Part shown: positions 1 through 10,185 of the stretch, one piece after another | Layout of the letters: every line of letters begins with the position of its first letter | How positions within the stretch are numbered: position 1 is the first letter of the stretch | Assembly: GCA_004764695.1 (NCBI GenBank) | Contig: SMSO01000014.1 | Span: 7,346,125-7,410,124, forward strand | Direction: 5' to 3' | Origin: Schizochytrium sp. TIO01 | Lineage: Eukaryota; Protista; Bigyra: Labyrinthulomycetes | DNA: 64,000 nt | Made by a program: the position numbers and the translations under genes | The notes under the pieces: generated by a model | Seen by the model: the letters and a program-made list of their open reading frames with translations, nothing else | What the model was told of the DNA's origin: nothing | Database searches by the model: none

Positions 1-1767
1 GACAAGGCAAGGACAGCAACAGAAAGATTAAAAAGTGCTGAAGCAGAACTAGTGGCTGAGGACTTGGATGAGGAAGAGCGAGCTTATTTTAGAAATCGTA
101 TTAAGAATCAAGAGCTCATTCTCTCTCAAGGCAACCCTATCGAGCTTAGCAAAGCTTTTCGTCATAAGCTTGCTGAGACTCTGCAACACGCACAGGAGCA
201 CTATCCAGAGTTGCTGCAAGATAGAGCCTGGCTGGAAAGGCTTCACGTAAGTGCAGAGGGTGTTTTTGAAGTAGCATGTTCTGACCTTTGGTTGACGAAT
301 GTCACAGTCGCGGACTTCAAGCCTGTCGGCGAGCCCCTTGCTTCCAGAGGTGGCAAGAGAGTACAAAAGGTTCTTGACAACGTTGGTAAAACTATGGTTT
401 TGAAACAATTTCAACTCGGCCATTCGAGCCAACACAAAATATTTTACAGACAAGCTGCAAATATGGGAAACGTGGTGTCTCAGCACGTAATACGTATTAC
501 TGGCGCGTTTGTTGATACCTCTAATGGAGAACCACGTGGTTGTATTGTCATGCCTTTCTATGAGCAAGGTGACCTTGCCAAGTGGATTGAAAGTCATCCT
601 AACGAAGGCAAAGCAGCGCGCGACCGACTTGCTATGGGCCTGCTTATCGGTGTGGCGGATTTACATACCCACGGCATTGTGCATTGTGACATCAAACCAG
701 AAAACATTTTCCTCACAAGCAACGGGACACCATTGATCGGCGACTTTGACGGCATCAAGGTTGCGGACTACACTGCAACTTACACATCACTTCAGGCAAC
801 GCCACGGTACGTTGCCCCCGAGTTGCAGAATGGGCCTGTAGATAGGTTTGAAACAGCGATGGATATGTACTCTGTGGGCATAAGCTTAAAGGAGCTGTAT
901 CCTACTGAGCGAACCGCTGCAATGCAGAAACTTATCGATGCTCTTACAGCAACAGACCCTGTGCAGCGTCCAACCGCTCGCCAAGCACTCCAACATGAAG
1001 CTTTTGGAGCTCCAAAGATCCCTGTCAAGATATGTCTAGTATGCATGGAGGAGCATCTTCTTCCCGAGGGCACCAGCTGCGAGGAGGGAGACTTTCTTTG
1101 CAGAGACTGTGTCGAATCTGCAGTAGAAGCAGCGGCCCAACCACTTGCTAACATAAGAGTGGATGCCGATGGAACGATGGCATGCATGAGACCTGAATGT
1201 TGTGGAAGGATATCAGGTCAAGAAATCACCCGTCTTGCACCAACTGCTTTGAATCACCTATTGCTGATTGCGAAAATGAAGGCAGAAAATGAAGCTGCAG
1301 TTTGGGCGGAGAAAGAGATCCAAAGGCGCATAGCACAAGTTCTACATGCAGGTGAACAGAACAGTGACGCACAGCGACATTTACTTCATATTCAAGAGAA
1401 TATTATGAGCACATGTTGTCCGAACTGCAATGCTTATGTATATGAGTTTGATGGTTGCTGTGCTGTAGAGTGTGGTAATCGTGCTTGTGGGCATCATTTC
1501 TGCGCTTGGTGTCTCGAGTACAGTTCTCAGGATGAAGATGATTGTCATGATCATGTGAGAATCTGCTTGAAAAGACTTGGGCAAGATCCATTTTTTGCTG
1601 ATTCATTCGAGCAGGTTCGTGAGGCGTGGCAGTTGCTCCGCGCAGAACGTTTGCGTGAGTACTGGAGTAGAAAAAGCCTAGATAAAAATCTTCGACTCGT
1701 TCTAAAAGAGTTATTGTCACCTTTGCTAACACCAGATATTGTTGGCGCAAATTTTAGATTGGAATAA
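1..1767 (+). CDS. Ser/Thr protein kinase fused to C-terminal RING and Rcat(RING2)-type zinc fingers (RBR-like E3); 5' end lies outside the window
   Basis: Frame is open from base 1 (DKARTATERLKSAEAELVAED...). Kinase motifs VLKQF, IVHCDIKPENIFL, IGDFDG, ATPRYVAPE, DMYSVG, PVQRPTARQAL. These are followed by CLVC..C..LCRDC..C..C and CPNC..DGCCAVEC..CGHHFCAWC. Confidence 0.85.
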   Translation, partial: DKARTATERLKSAEAELVAEDLDEEERAYFRNRIKNQELILSQGNPIELSKAFRHKLAETLQHAQEHYPELLQDRAWLERLHVSAEGVFEVACSDLWLTNVTVADFKPVGEPLASRGGKRVQKVLDNVGKTMVLKQFQLGHSSQHKIFYRQAANMGNVVSQHVIRITGAFVDTSNGEPRGCIVMPFYEQGDLAKWIESHPNEGKAARDRLAMGLLIGVADLHTHGIVHCDIKPENIFLTSNGTPLIGDFDGIKVADYTATYTSLQATPRYVAPELQNGPVDRFETAMDMYSVGISLKELYPTERTAAMQKLIDALTATDPVQRPTARQALQHEAFGAPKIPVKICLVCMEEHLLPEGTSCEEGDFLCRDCVESAVEAAAQPLANIRVDADGTMACMRPECCGRISGQEITRLAPTALNHLLLIAKMKAENEAAVWAEKEIQRRIAQVLHAGEQNSDAQRHLLHIQENIMSTCCPNCNAYVYEFDGCCAVECGNRACGHHFCAWCLEYSSQDEDDCHDHVRICLKRLGQDPFFADSFEQVREAWQLLRAERLREYWSRKSLDKNLRLVLKELLSPLLTPDIVGANFRLE

Positions 1768-2657
1768 ACTATTCGAATTTTTGATAATTATCTTTTGCTT
1801 AAGCGCCCTTGACTAGAAGGCAAGAAAGTTAGTTGCTCTCCATCAGATAATGCCAATGTCTGCCAACAGGATCAAAATTGATAATGTGTTTTCCTGCAAG
1901 GTTCTTGGTGAGGGGGAGAACTAAAACTTAGACTAAATTATAACAGAGTAACGATTCGTTAACATTTGACTGATGATATATATGCTTTCTTAACTTTATT
2001 TTTCCAGGTTGAGGAACAAATATACTTTATTATGGGATACAAAGTCTTTCCTAGTTTTCCTCTCTCCGGTCCTTTGATAGTTCATTCACCAACACCGCAA
2101 GGTATCAGAAACTCTATGTTATAAACTCAAAAATACTTTGTATACAACTCTCTTTGGCAGTTCTCTCAATAGCTCTCATTTCGGAAAGCAACTTTTTCTT
2201 TATGTTTTCATCAAAGCCAAAATGCAGTTCTTCTAACGGCACTGAAACACTTAATCTGATGACTTCCCCCACATCCTTGCAATTAAATTCTGCACACCAA
2301 TCGTTACTCCACCCTAGCATCAGAGGACCTGTAATACGCAACTTCTTATTGTACACTCCTATCAATCATAGGATACTATGATACTATGATTGCGAGGTTT
2401 CATGCTTTTTAATTTTTCATAAGGACTCAATTAAAGGCAAGAGTAAGAGTAGTATTATAGACACAACCCTTTCTCCAAACCTATGACGACCTGGGTCATA
2501 GAATATTAGCTCTGTCTTGGACACTATCTACGATTATAGATCAACCGTAAAAACCAGACTCTGAATTTAAACCTTTGCACTCCTCAAAGTTTTTGAAAGC
2601 TAGAACAAACCCATCAGTTTCTTTTGCTTATTTAATCCTCCAAACTCTTTAATCTTG

Positions 2658-2884
2658 TATTGCAGAGTAGCTTGTGCTGTGAAGCATGCAGAGGTAGTCT
2701 GACAAGGATGGCGAACTCAGGAGGAAGAGAAAGAGGATGATATATGAGTTATTGGGGTTTCGGGTCTGGATACAGGCAGGGATGAATGTATGATGTCAGT
2801 CCAATACACAGGATTTGTCGGACATGAGAGCTTGGTTAGGTTAGGTGAGGTGAGGTTAGGCAGTAGCTGTATATTACTTCAATA
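2658..2884 (+). mobile_element. Solo-LTR-like dispersed repeat (family A), copy 1
   Basis: Starts TATTGCAGAGTAGC, ends TTACTTCAATA, with internal GGTTAGGTTAGG. Clearly similar to copies at 6885, 15274 and 33669. Flanks tcttg/tttcg may be a decayed 5-bp TSD. Confidence 0.8.
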
Positions 2885-3008
2885 TTTCGATATGCCATGT
2901 ATTTAGATTTACTACTCGAATCATGGACTCTTCTCAAGAAAACTATCCCACTTCCACATCTTAAACTCTCAGAACAAAGTTGACTCAACGAACCTCCAAA
3001 GGCAAAAC

Positions 3009-3089
3009 GTCCTCCAAGTTGCTCTTCAAAACTCTGTCCTCCAAGTTGCTCTTCAAAACTCTGTGCTCCAAGTTCCTCTTCAAAACTCT
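3009..3089. repeat. 27-bp tandem repeat x3
   Basis: GTCCTCCAAGTTGCTCTTCAAAACTCT repeated three times; the third copy has 2 substitutions. Confidence 0.9.
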
Positions 3090-6000
3090 TATAGAATAAA
3101 GAATTGCAAGGACACACAGAGTGGTGAAAGAATCAGTTTGCTCCATCAAATCTGAGATTGTAAGACAGTGGCAGAATTGCGGATACCAGAGAAGCTACAA
3201 AGCAAATGCACAATCGTGTTAGGAGAAGGCTGTTTAAAGATGATCTCTAGGCAGCCAGAAGTTGTATGGGAAGATGAAGGAAAGGCGCTTGGAAAGCATG
3301 GTAAGACTTGAGACATCTTCTTATACTTCGGCGTACATAGTTGACGATTGTAGACATTGGAGATGAACATCCAGGGCCAAAACGCTAAGAGCCTTGTGCA
3401 TACAAGGATTTACTATCTAATAAATTATCAGTTGCTACCGCATAAAGATATTTTCCACGTGGAACAGTTCATAGCCCAATTAGGGAACTAAGACTGATTA
3501 AACTCAGAGCTCAAGGGCTAAGCTAGTTCGTTTCTTCAACATGATTCCTTGGTTGTGTATTACACTCTCACTCATAAGTTTCCTTGGTCTTAGCCCTGTC
3601 CTGGCCCTCTAGGCTATTTCCATACAAGTTGTCCAATGAATGCATTCGCCTCATATTCCATATCAAGAAAAACCAGAGAAAACTTTCAATCCCTTCAACT
3701 TCAAGCTTACTTTTCACTTAAAAGAAAAGTTAAAAGAAATTTTCTTTTTATCGAAAATCTTTTACAGATAAAATATTTCCTCACAAGTTATCGTGCACGG
3801 CTACCAAGGAAATCACACACCTACCCAAGAAGAAGCCTCACAGGCAAGCATACCCAAAACCTCCGGCTACTCACAGCCACCAGAGTCTCGCCGAGCTCAC
3901 ACATAGCAAGGCTCCTTTAGTCTCCGCTTTAGCTTAACTAACTCACTCATCAGGTTAGTTTTCTCTAAGAGTTGCGACTGCGCTCCGTGCACGCATCCTC
4001 TTCGTTCACCTTTCCGCAGGCTAGCCTATCCGCGTTCCCGCGATTGCCTCTCAATCGCCCAGGGGACTAGACAGCCCTTTGCATCTGATAGTGAAATTCT
4101 TGTCATATACAAGTCCTAGAAGTCTAGGACTTAATATAAAATATAATGTGACAATGACTCTACTCCACAGGACTCTTTGATTGGTAATTTCAGCGCACAT
4201 GATATAAAATGATATAAAATTGCAGCGCCCCATGAACTGCATATTTTAATCTGGCTACTTGACTTTATAGGATCTCACATGATAACCTTAAGGAGTTTCC
4301 AAGACATATTCTACAGTCATGATTTAAAACTGTTCCCCTACATTATGATCCACCTGTTGAATGAAACTATTGACTCTACATACTTCTACCTCCAAAAGGG
4401 GAACACGTGTACTGAAGTTACATATGCTGATAGTGTCAAGCGGTTTGCATCCCCCACGTGATGTCTGTGATGGTGCACCACTAAATATGGTGTTGTTTTT
4501 CAAACATACATTAAGGTTACTGTTCGAGTCAGTTTCAAAGCAGTTGAGCCACGTGTGAGTACACAGCCAAACAGAATGCGCACAACCGTGCTTGGCTAGT
4601 CCGTTCATTTGCTTTTATACGCACTTCTCATTATAGTCAACTTTGTAACACTAGATATTAAAACTAGGTGGCTAACTCGTTAGGAATGGTAGTACCCAGT
4701 AACTTTCTTTCTTGGCTCAAGCTTGGGGAATTAGCTCGTTGTTGGTCCCCAGGAAATACACAGCTGCTTCAATGAATCATGAACGTAGAACATCTTGCAT
4801 TTGTGAAAGGAAGAATCTTCTGAAGGAGAGAGCCAAACTATATCGGTGAGAATTGGACATGCAAAGGAACATATTGAAGTGAACAAGTGTGACTTTTTCT
4901 TCTAGCACAGAACTGCAAGTTGTACAATAAACAACAGGTACACCAGTTTCGATTTACGATTTTTTTTTCAGACTGCATAACTCAATAATGAGGAAACACC
5001 ACAAGATAAACTTCTAAAAAGCAGTGTAAATTTTCACTTTTTCTAAATGTATTTATTTTAAACTATGCAAACTAGCCTAATACAACTACTTATAACCATT
5101 AACCTTAACAAGACAGCTTTAGAATTCTCAATCATGTTGGTTAATTTCGTGCTAGGAAAAGAAATATGAGGCATTTCTTAACCATGCACAAGATTTGTAA
5201 TATTTACAGAATAAATACTCTATTGCTCGAAAGGCACATACTTCAACTCAACCAAGAGGGTAGAAGACCTACAGCTTAACTAATCTTGTCGGATTGCCTT
5301 GCAAACTCATTTTGAGGCTTGCTTCGTCCCCTTCGTTCCCTGACATAGACGCATCACTATGTTGACTGACGCTTCACCATCGTCTAGTCATGAAGGTGTT
5401 CCTTTGAACCTTGCGAAGTCATGACCTAGTACTGTGTCAGTTTCCTTCTCAGTAGTGTCAATCTAAAGCAAAAATATATCACGAAAGTTATATGTTTCTG
5501 TTTTGTCGAAAAAAAGAGCAGGCTTGCTGTTTACTGACTTTGCTGCTGCTCGAAATCAACTGGTACTTCAACAGAGTAAAACAGATTACTCCGAAGAAGA
5601 GAGCTTACGAAGAAACTTCTGTTTTTGTGATAGGCCAGAGAGGCTCGAAAAAAACTACTTTTTGTGTCGTCGTTTATTAGAAAATGAAATAGAGCCCTAA
5701 AGTATAAATGCCAGAGTTCGACTTGTTACACCACATTCGATCATACCACGCGGGTAACACCTCATCTCATTCGCACTGAGAAGTAAAGTCGCGTAGGGCC
5801 GGGTCAGTAGTATGATAGGGGACTGCATGCGAAGCCCCGGTGTTGAATGTTTTTTCCTCCGTTCATTTTTTTCTATCACAACATGAAAGCAACTCCAAGG
5901 TGATATATATATATCTTTTTTAAGGTGAATATCTGAATCTCCTGAAGCACGTCCCCTTGAGACACGATGGGAAGATTGCTCAGTCGTTGAAAATATTGTC

Positions 6001-6884
6001 TTTAGTTCAAATTGACTAAAGCTTTTGCTCGCTGCATCGCAAATTTGCATGTAAACCACCATATGTAAGAGTCAAGTGTGCAGAATCAACGAGAAGGACA
6101 ATATTTTGAATGAGGTGGTCATGGACTCTTCACCATAACTTTTGACATGTTCTAGGGCTTTGTACTCCAGGCGAACCACGCGTGTTGTACTCATTTTCAA
6201 TGCAATCTTTAATATTATATTTATCTCCTTCTACAAGTTGTTTGCCTCTTCCACAGTCCAGTGTGCCTTGAAGATATAATAATAATTGTCATGGTCGCAA
6301 AAGAAAAGGCTTTCTAACAGGTATTCTTTTAAATGCAAAAATCTTCTTTGCGTTCTAAAATTGCCAAGACAACGGAGCGCTCGCATCCCTGCTCCTGCAA
6401 CCTTATAGATTGTCAACTCATATATTTTCATTACGCGTATATGTAGTTTATACTCTGTTTTGATCGAAAAACTTCACCTGGCTCAGGCTGGTGTGGTCAA
6501 AATCATCGAAAACATCTACATAAATGGAAAATAGTTTGCTTGTGTAATTCTGAGTAGATGCTATCATGTCATGGTAGTTGCAAATGCTTTGGTTCACCAT
6601 GATTTTTTCAATGTCTGATTCGTCTTGAGCGCCTAAGCCCAAGCCAGACACCTTTCCTTGCCTATAACTTTAGGATCAAGGCTATTCATTCATATTAGTT
6701 AAAATGGAGTATCTGATTGTAATATGAAATTGATTCAAGAGTTATTTTTGGCAAACCACTGATTTCACAAATCAGGTGACTAGAGGCCACACCAGTAGTA
6801 CTATCGCATCATAAATAGTCATTCGGTCGCGCATCAGGTTGTTCGTGCTGTGGCCTTCTTTCCATCTCCCTCACCCTTGCTAGG

Positions 6885-7071
6885 TATTGAACTAATATAC
6901 GGCTACTGTCTAACCTAACCTAACTAAGCTCTCCTGTCCACACATTAACCTGCCTGTATGCAGACTTGAAACCCCGATAACTCATATATCATCCTCTGTC
7001 TCTTTCTCCTGAGTTCGTCATTCTTGTCAGACTACCTCTCCACGCTTCACAGCACAGGCTACTCTGCAATA
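6885..7071 (-). mobile_element. Solo-LTR-like repeat (family A), copy 2, with perfect 5-bp TSD
   Basis: Reverse-complement copy TATTGAAC...CTCTGCAATA flanked on both sides by CTAGG (6880-6884 and 7072-7076). Confidence 0.88.
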
Positions 7072-8034
7072 CTAGGTAGTATAGATAACGAATCAAAATC
7101 TTTTATCTTGGTTAAAACCTAAAGCAAAACAAATAATCATTATAGCTCTACTTCTTTTAAATGTCTAGTGCCTACCTAGCTTGTTATTGCAGATCTTTTA
7201 CTCCAAAAAAAGTTACATGATCATTTTTTCGCTTAGCACTTTTGGGCAACTATTACCGCGGGCTAGATTGTCATAATACTAGGTACTTGATGATCAAGCT
7301 TATCCTCGAGAAAGAAATCGATTATCCAACAACAAATGAGAGTTATTCATTACTTTTTTGAAGCTCTCATTTTATTCACATTTAATGATAGGTAAGGTAG
7401 CCTCTTGAGAGCAACTACCGTAATAGGTATCAAGGTGTGGTTGTGTATAAATTTGATAGTTATCAGATGAATATTATGAATCGATGTTCTCATTCCAACG
7501 GGTCTTCTGTTCAGCTCCTTAATTGTGATTTTCTGCCATTTATTTTTTTTTCGAACTGTATATTCTATCTTATGTTTCAAGCACGATTAAGGCGAACAAA
7601 TGAAGAAAATTTGCCATGTATGTACTCAAGCAAACCGGATTAACCTGCATCTAGGAGAAAGAGTGGGTACAGCTAGGACCGATCTAAAGGTTTCAACTGT
7701 GTTCACAGTCTCTATAAAATATCATGCTTTTCCTTTCACCTTCTTTCATAGTCATTGCTCAATCGCTCTCATCAGTTTGTTTCTTTGCAAGATTCTCTCT
7801 TTACGTTCAACACTGCGAACTGATCTGTGATACGAACTTAGGTCTCTTTCAGTACACTCTAATATCAACTAATATCTACATCAAAAACTCAGCTTCGTTC
7901 ATCTCTATCTCGTACTAACTAATACTCTAAATCAAATGAAAAATTGAGAAGGAAAATCAACTATTCAGTTCATGTTGACTCCACAGCATTTCGAGGTCGT
8001 CAGTTTCTCTGGCTAATTGCTCAAGGTCATTACA

Positions 8035-8570
8035 GACATAAGATCTGGCAAAGTCAATTTACTGCCACAGACTCGCCATTCCAAAAAAAAGTTGTGTAGA
8101 GCAACATTGACGTAGCCCTGTGCACTGCCATTAAGGCCTCACGGAGACAACGTTGTGTAGGCGCGGCAAGCTTTTGTTACTGTTGCGACATTTTGAGGAG
8201 CGTAACACTGGTGCCATACTCGTTTACTACAAGGAAGCGCTCCATCCTCGAATAAAGCATGCCAAAGATAAATTGAGGCACCATAGTGTGTTGCAGTTTC
8301 TGCAAAGGTATACAGTACATTTCTATTTCGTTCATGTATATAAATTCTATAAGCTGAGCTTCTTCTTGGTGGTCCGGAGAGGAAAGACTCTTAACTATTG
8401 CATCAAGTCCCTTGCCGTCATTGAGAGTCATTTGGGGAATGTGTGCTGAGCGAGTCATGCAAATGGATACGTATGTTGGGAGTCTTCTTAGGCAAAGTTG
8501 GATTCAACTCATAAGTATACCCGTGGTACAATTATCCTGTAAAAACTTGGACTGTATTGATAGTGGAGAA
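8035..8570 (-). pseudogene. Degraded Crinkler-type (REase-)kinase, related to the kinase at 56858-59452
   Basis: Minus strand reads AIVK...EIEMYCIPLQKLQHTMVPQF...LVVNEYGTSV..(stop)..LREALMAVHRA, then after frameshifts NVALHNF..VAV(I)DFARS. This parallels AVVK..EAEVYANLSDLQGDCIPKY..AGESL..VKDALDKIHARGVLHGDLRLPNI..FIDFSHS. Confidence 0.6.
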
Positions 8571-8910
8571 TTACTTGGTTTATTGGTATGAAAAGTACTT
8601 TTTGAACAAGCTTGACTTATTTCACGACATAACAAGTAGAAGAAGTTGATTTTGACACCATTCTGGGAAGAAGTCCTTTCATCGATAACTCACATATTTC
8701 CTCGCAATTTGCTAAAGGAGTCATAGAAGCTACCTATCATCTTTTATCGAAATAGAGGTGTTCGGGGATATGGCATATTATTATGTGAGGTTAGTATTCG
8801 CTCTGCTAGCTCACTCATGCTACTGATCCTCACTTGCCTTTTGAATGCTCACCTTCTTTGGGATTTAGAATATACAATTTATGAAGATCCTTGAGAATTT
8901 GGTAGTATCC

Positions 8911-8981
8911 GCGTCAGTGGTTTAGTGGTAAAATAGCTGTTTGCCATGCGGCTGCCCCGGGTTCGATTCCCGGCTGACGCT
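8911..8981 (+). tRNA. tRNA-Gly (anticodon GCC)
   Basis: Cloverleaf: acceptor GCGTCAG/CTGACGC, D-arm GTTT-AGTGGTA-AAAT, anticodon arm GCTGT-TTGCCAT-GCGGC, T-arm CCGGG-TTCGATT-CCCGG. A downstream T-run fits a Pol III terminator. Confidence 0.95.
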
Positions 8982-9959
8982 TTCAAGTCGAATTTTTTTA
9001 ATTAAAATTATTCTTAGGCCTATAGATAGATATAGGTATAGAAGCAGCCTGCCACTGCTTCCTAAGTTAGGTAAAGGCCTATTCTATTTCAGTTAAACAA
9101 AATCTCTCCGGACTACGACTCAAGCCTTAGAGTCTACCCTTACCTAAATTCGAGAATCGTTTTCCGGGAACGACCTACCTTACCAGATTGAATTGGCTAA
9201 AGTTTTTTCTAACATACAATCGAATAGTAATTCCAAACACGGTTACCTCATGTTTTCTAACTTTTAGTTTTTATCTAAATATGAGTGCTCTACTTTAAAT
9301 TGAGTTTTTCCCAAGTAGGAACGCCCCTGACTGCTCACTTATGTAGATACTCTACCAAATAACAGCGCTTCTGTTGCCTGTCATGAGTGCTTGAGTTATT
9401 TACCCAAGTTAAAAGGTTTTAACTCGGTACTTCTGACTAGTGAGACTGGTCACCCGCCATGAGCATGAGCATGAGCTTGTGTGTAGCACTAGTACTAGGA
9501 ATAGTATAGTACCTTTTTTCTCTTTTTTATTTTGCTAAGTCACCTCTCTCTAGATAGATCTGCTCGTTTTAGACCCATTGTATTTCTGGGAGTAGGTAAT
9601 ATTGAATGATTTTTTGTTTTGGCTTGAGTTTTTTAAAATAGTAAATTTAAGATTATGAAACTCATTACCTCTGATTAGAAGGGGGGCTACTTATTAAACT
9701 CTGATAACGAGTAAAGTGAGGCAAAAAGTGTTGTGAAAAAGAACACACGATCCTCTCCATGTCACGCGTTCCGGATCACAGTTACAAGTCATAAGCCATC
9801 ACTATGTTTGGTTAGTTCATGGGTACCAGAAGAAAAATGAGACTACATGACATGTTCTCTCCCACCAATTACACTAGCTGTCGATGATTCCTAAGATTAC
9901 TTTACTTAAAATAAATTTTTATATCCTGCTTTTCATAAACTGTGACTAGCTAGAGTAAT

Positions 9960-10069
9960 GTTTCCCGGGAAACCTTCTTTTAATTCACGATCTTTGATCG
10001 AATAAAATGGTACCTCTCGCCGGAATTGCGCTATTTCCCGGGAAACCATGCTGTTTCCCGGGAAATAGC
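9960..10069. promoter_or_regulatory. Cluster of three perfect TTTCCCGGGAAA palindromes upstream of the Mx-like gene
   Basis: Copies at 9961-9972, 10034-10045 and 10054-10065. The last two form a perfect 17-bp inverted repeat (10030-10046 / 10053-10069). The cluster is ~120-225 bp before the ATG at 10186. The regulatory role is inferred. Confidence 0.65.
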
Positions 10070-10185
10070 TCAAAAATTAAAATCGAGATCCAGATTCAAA
10101 TCAAAAACGTGCGAAGCGTCAGGCGCTTAAGCAAGTAAGAGAGAGGAGCGAGTAGACTTGGAGCTGACGCATAACCGTTTGAATT

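Noticed and set aside
2114-2365. 83-aa minus-strand ORF
   Set aside because: Probably a fragment of a decayed gene near LTR copy 1; no identifiable family.
4000-6800. Second Copia-like internal remnant on the minus strand
   Set aside because: Only faint, mis-spaced hints (KA.LV..GY, YTAF); insufficient to call.
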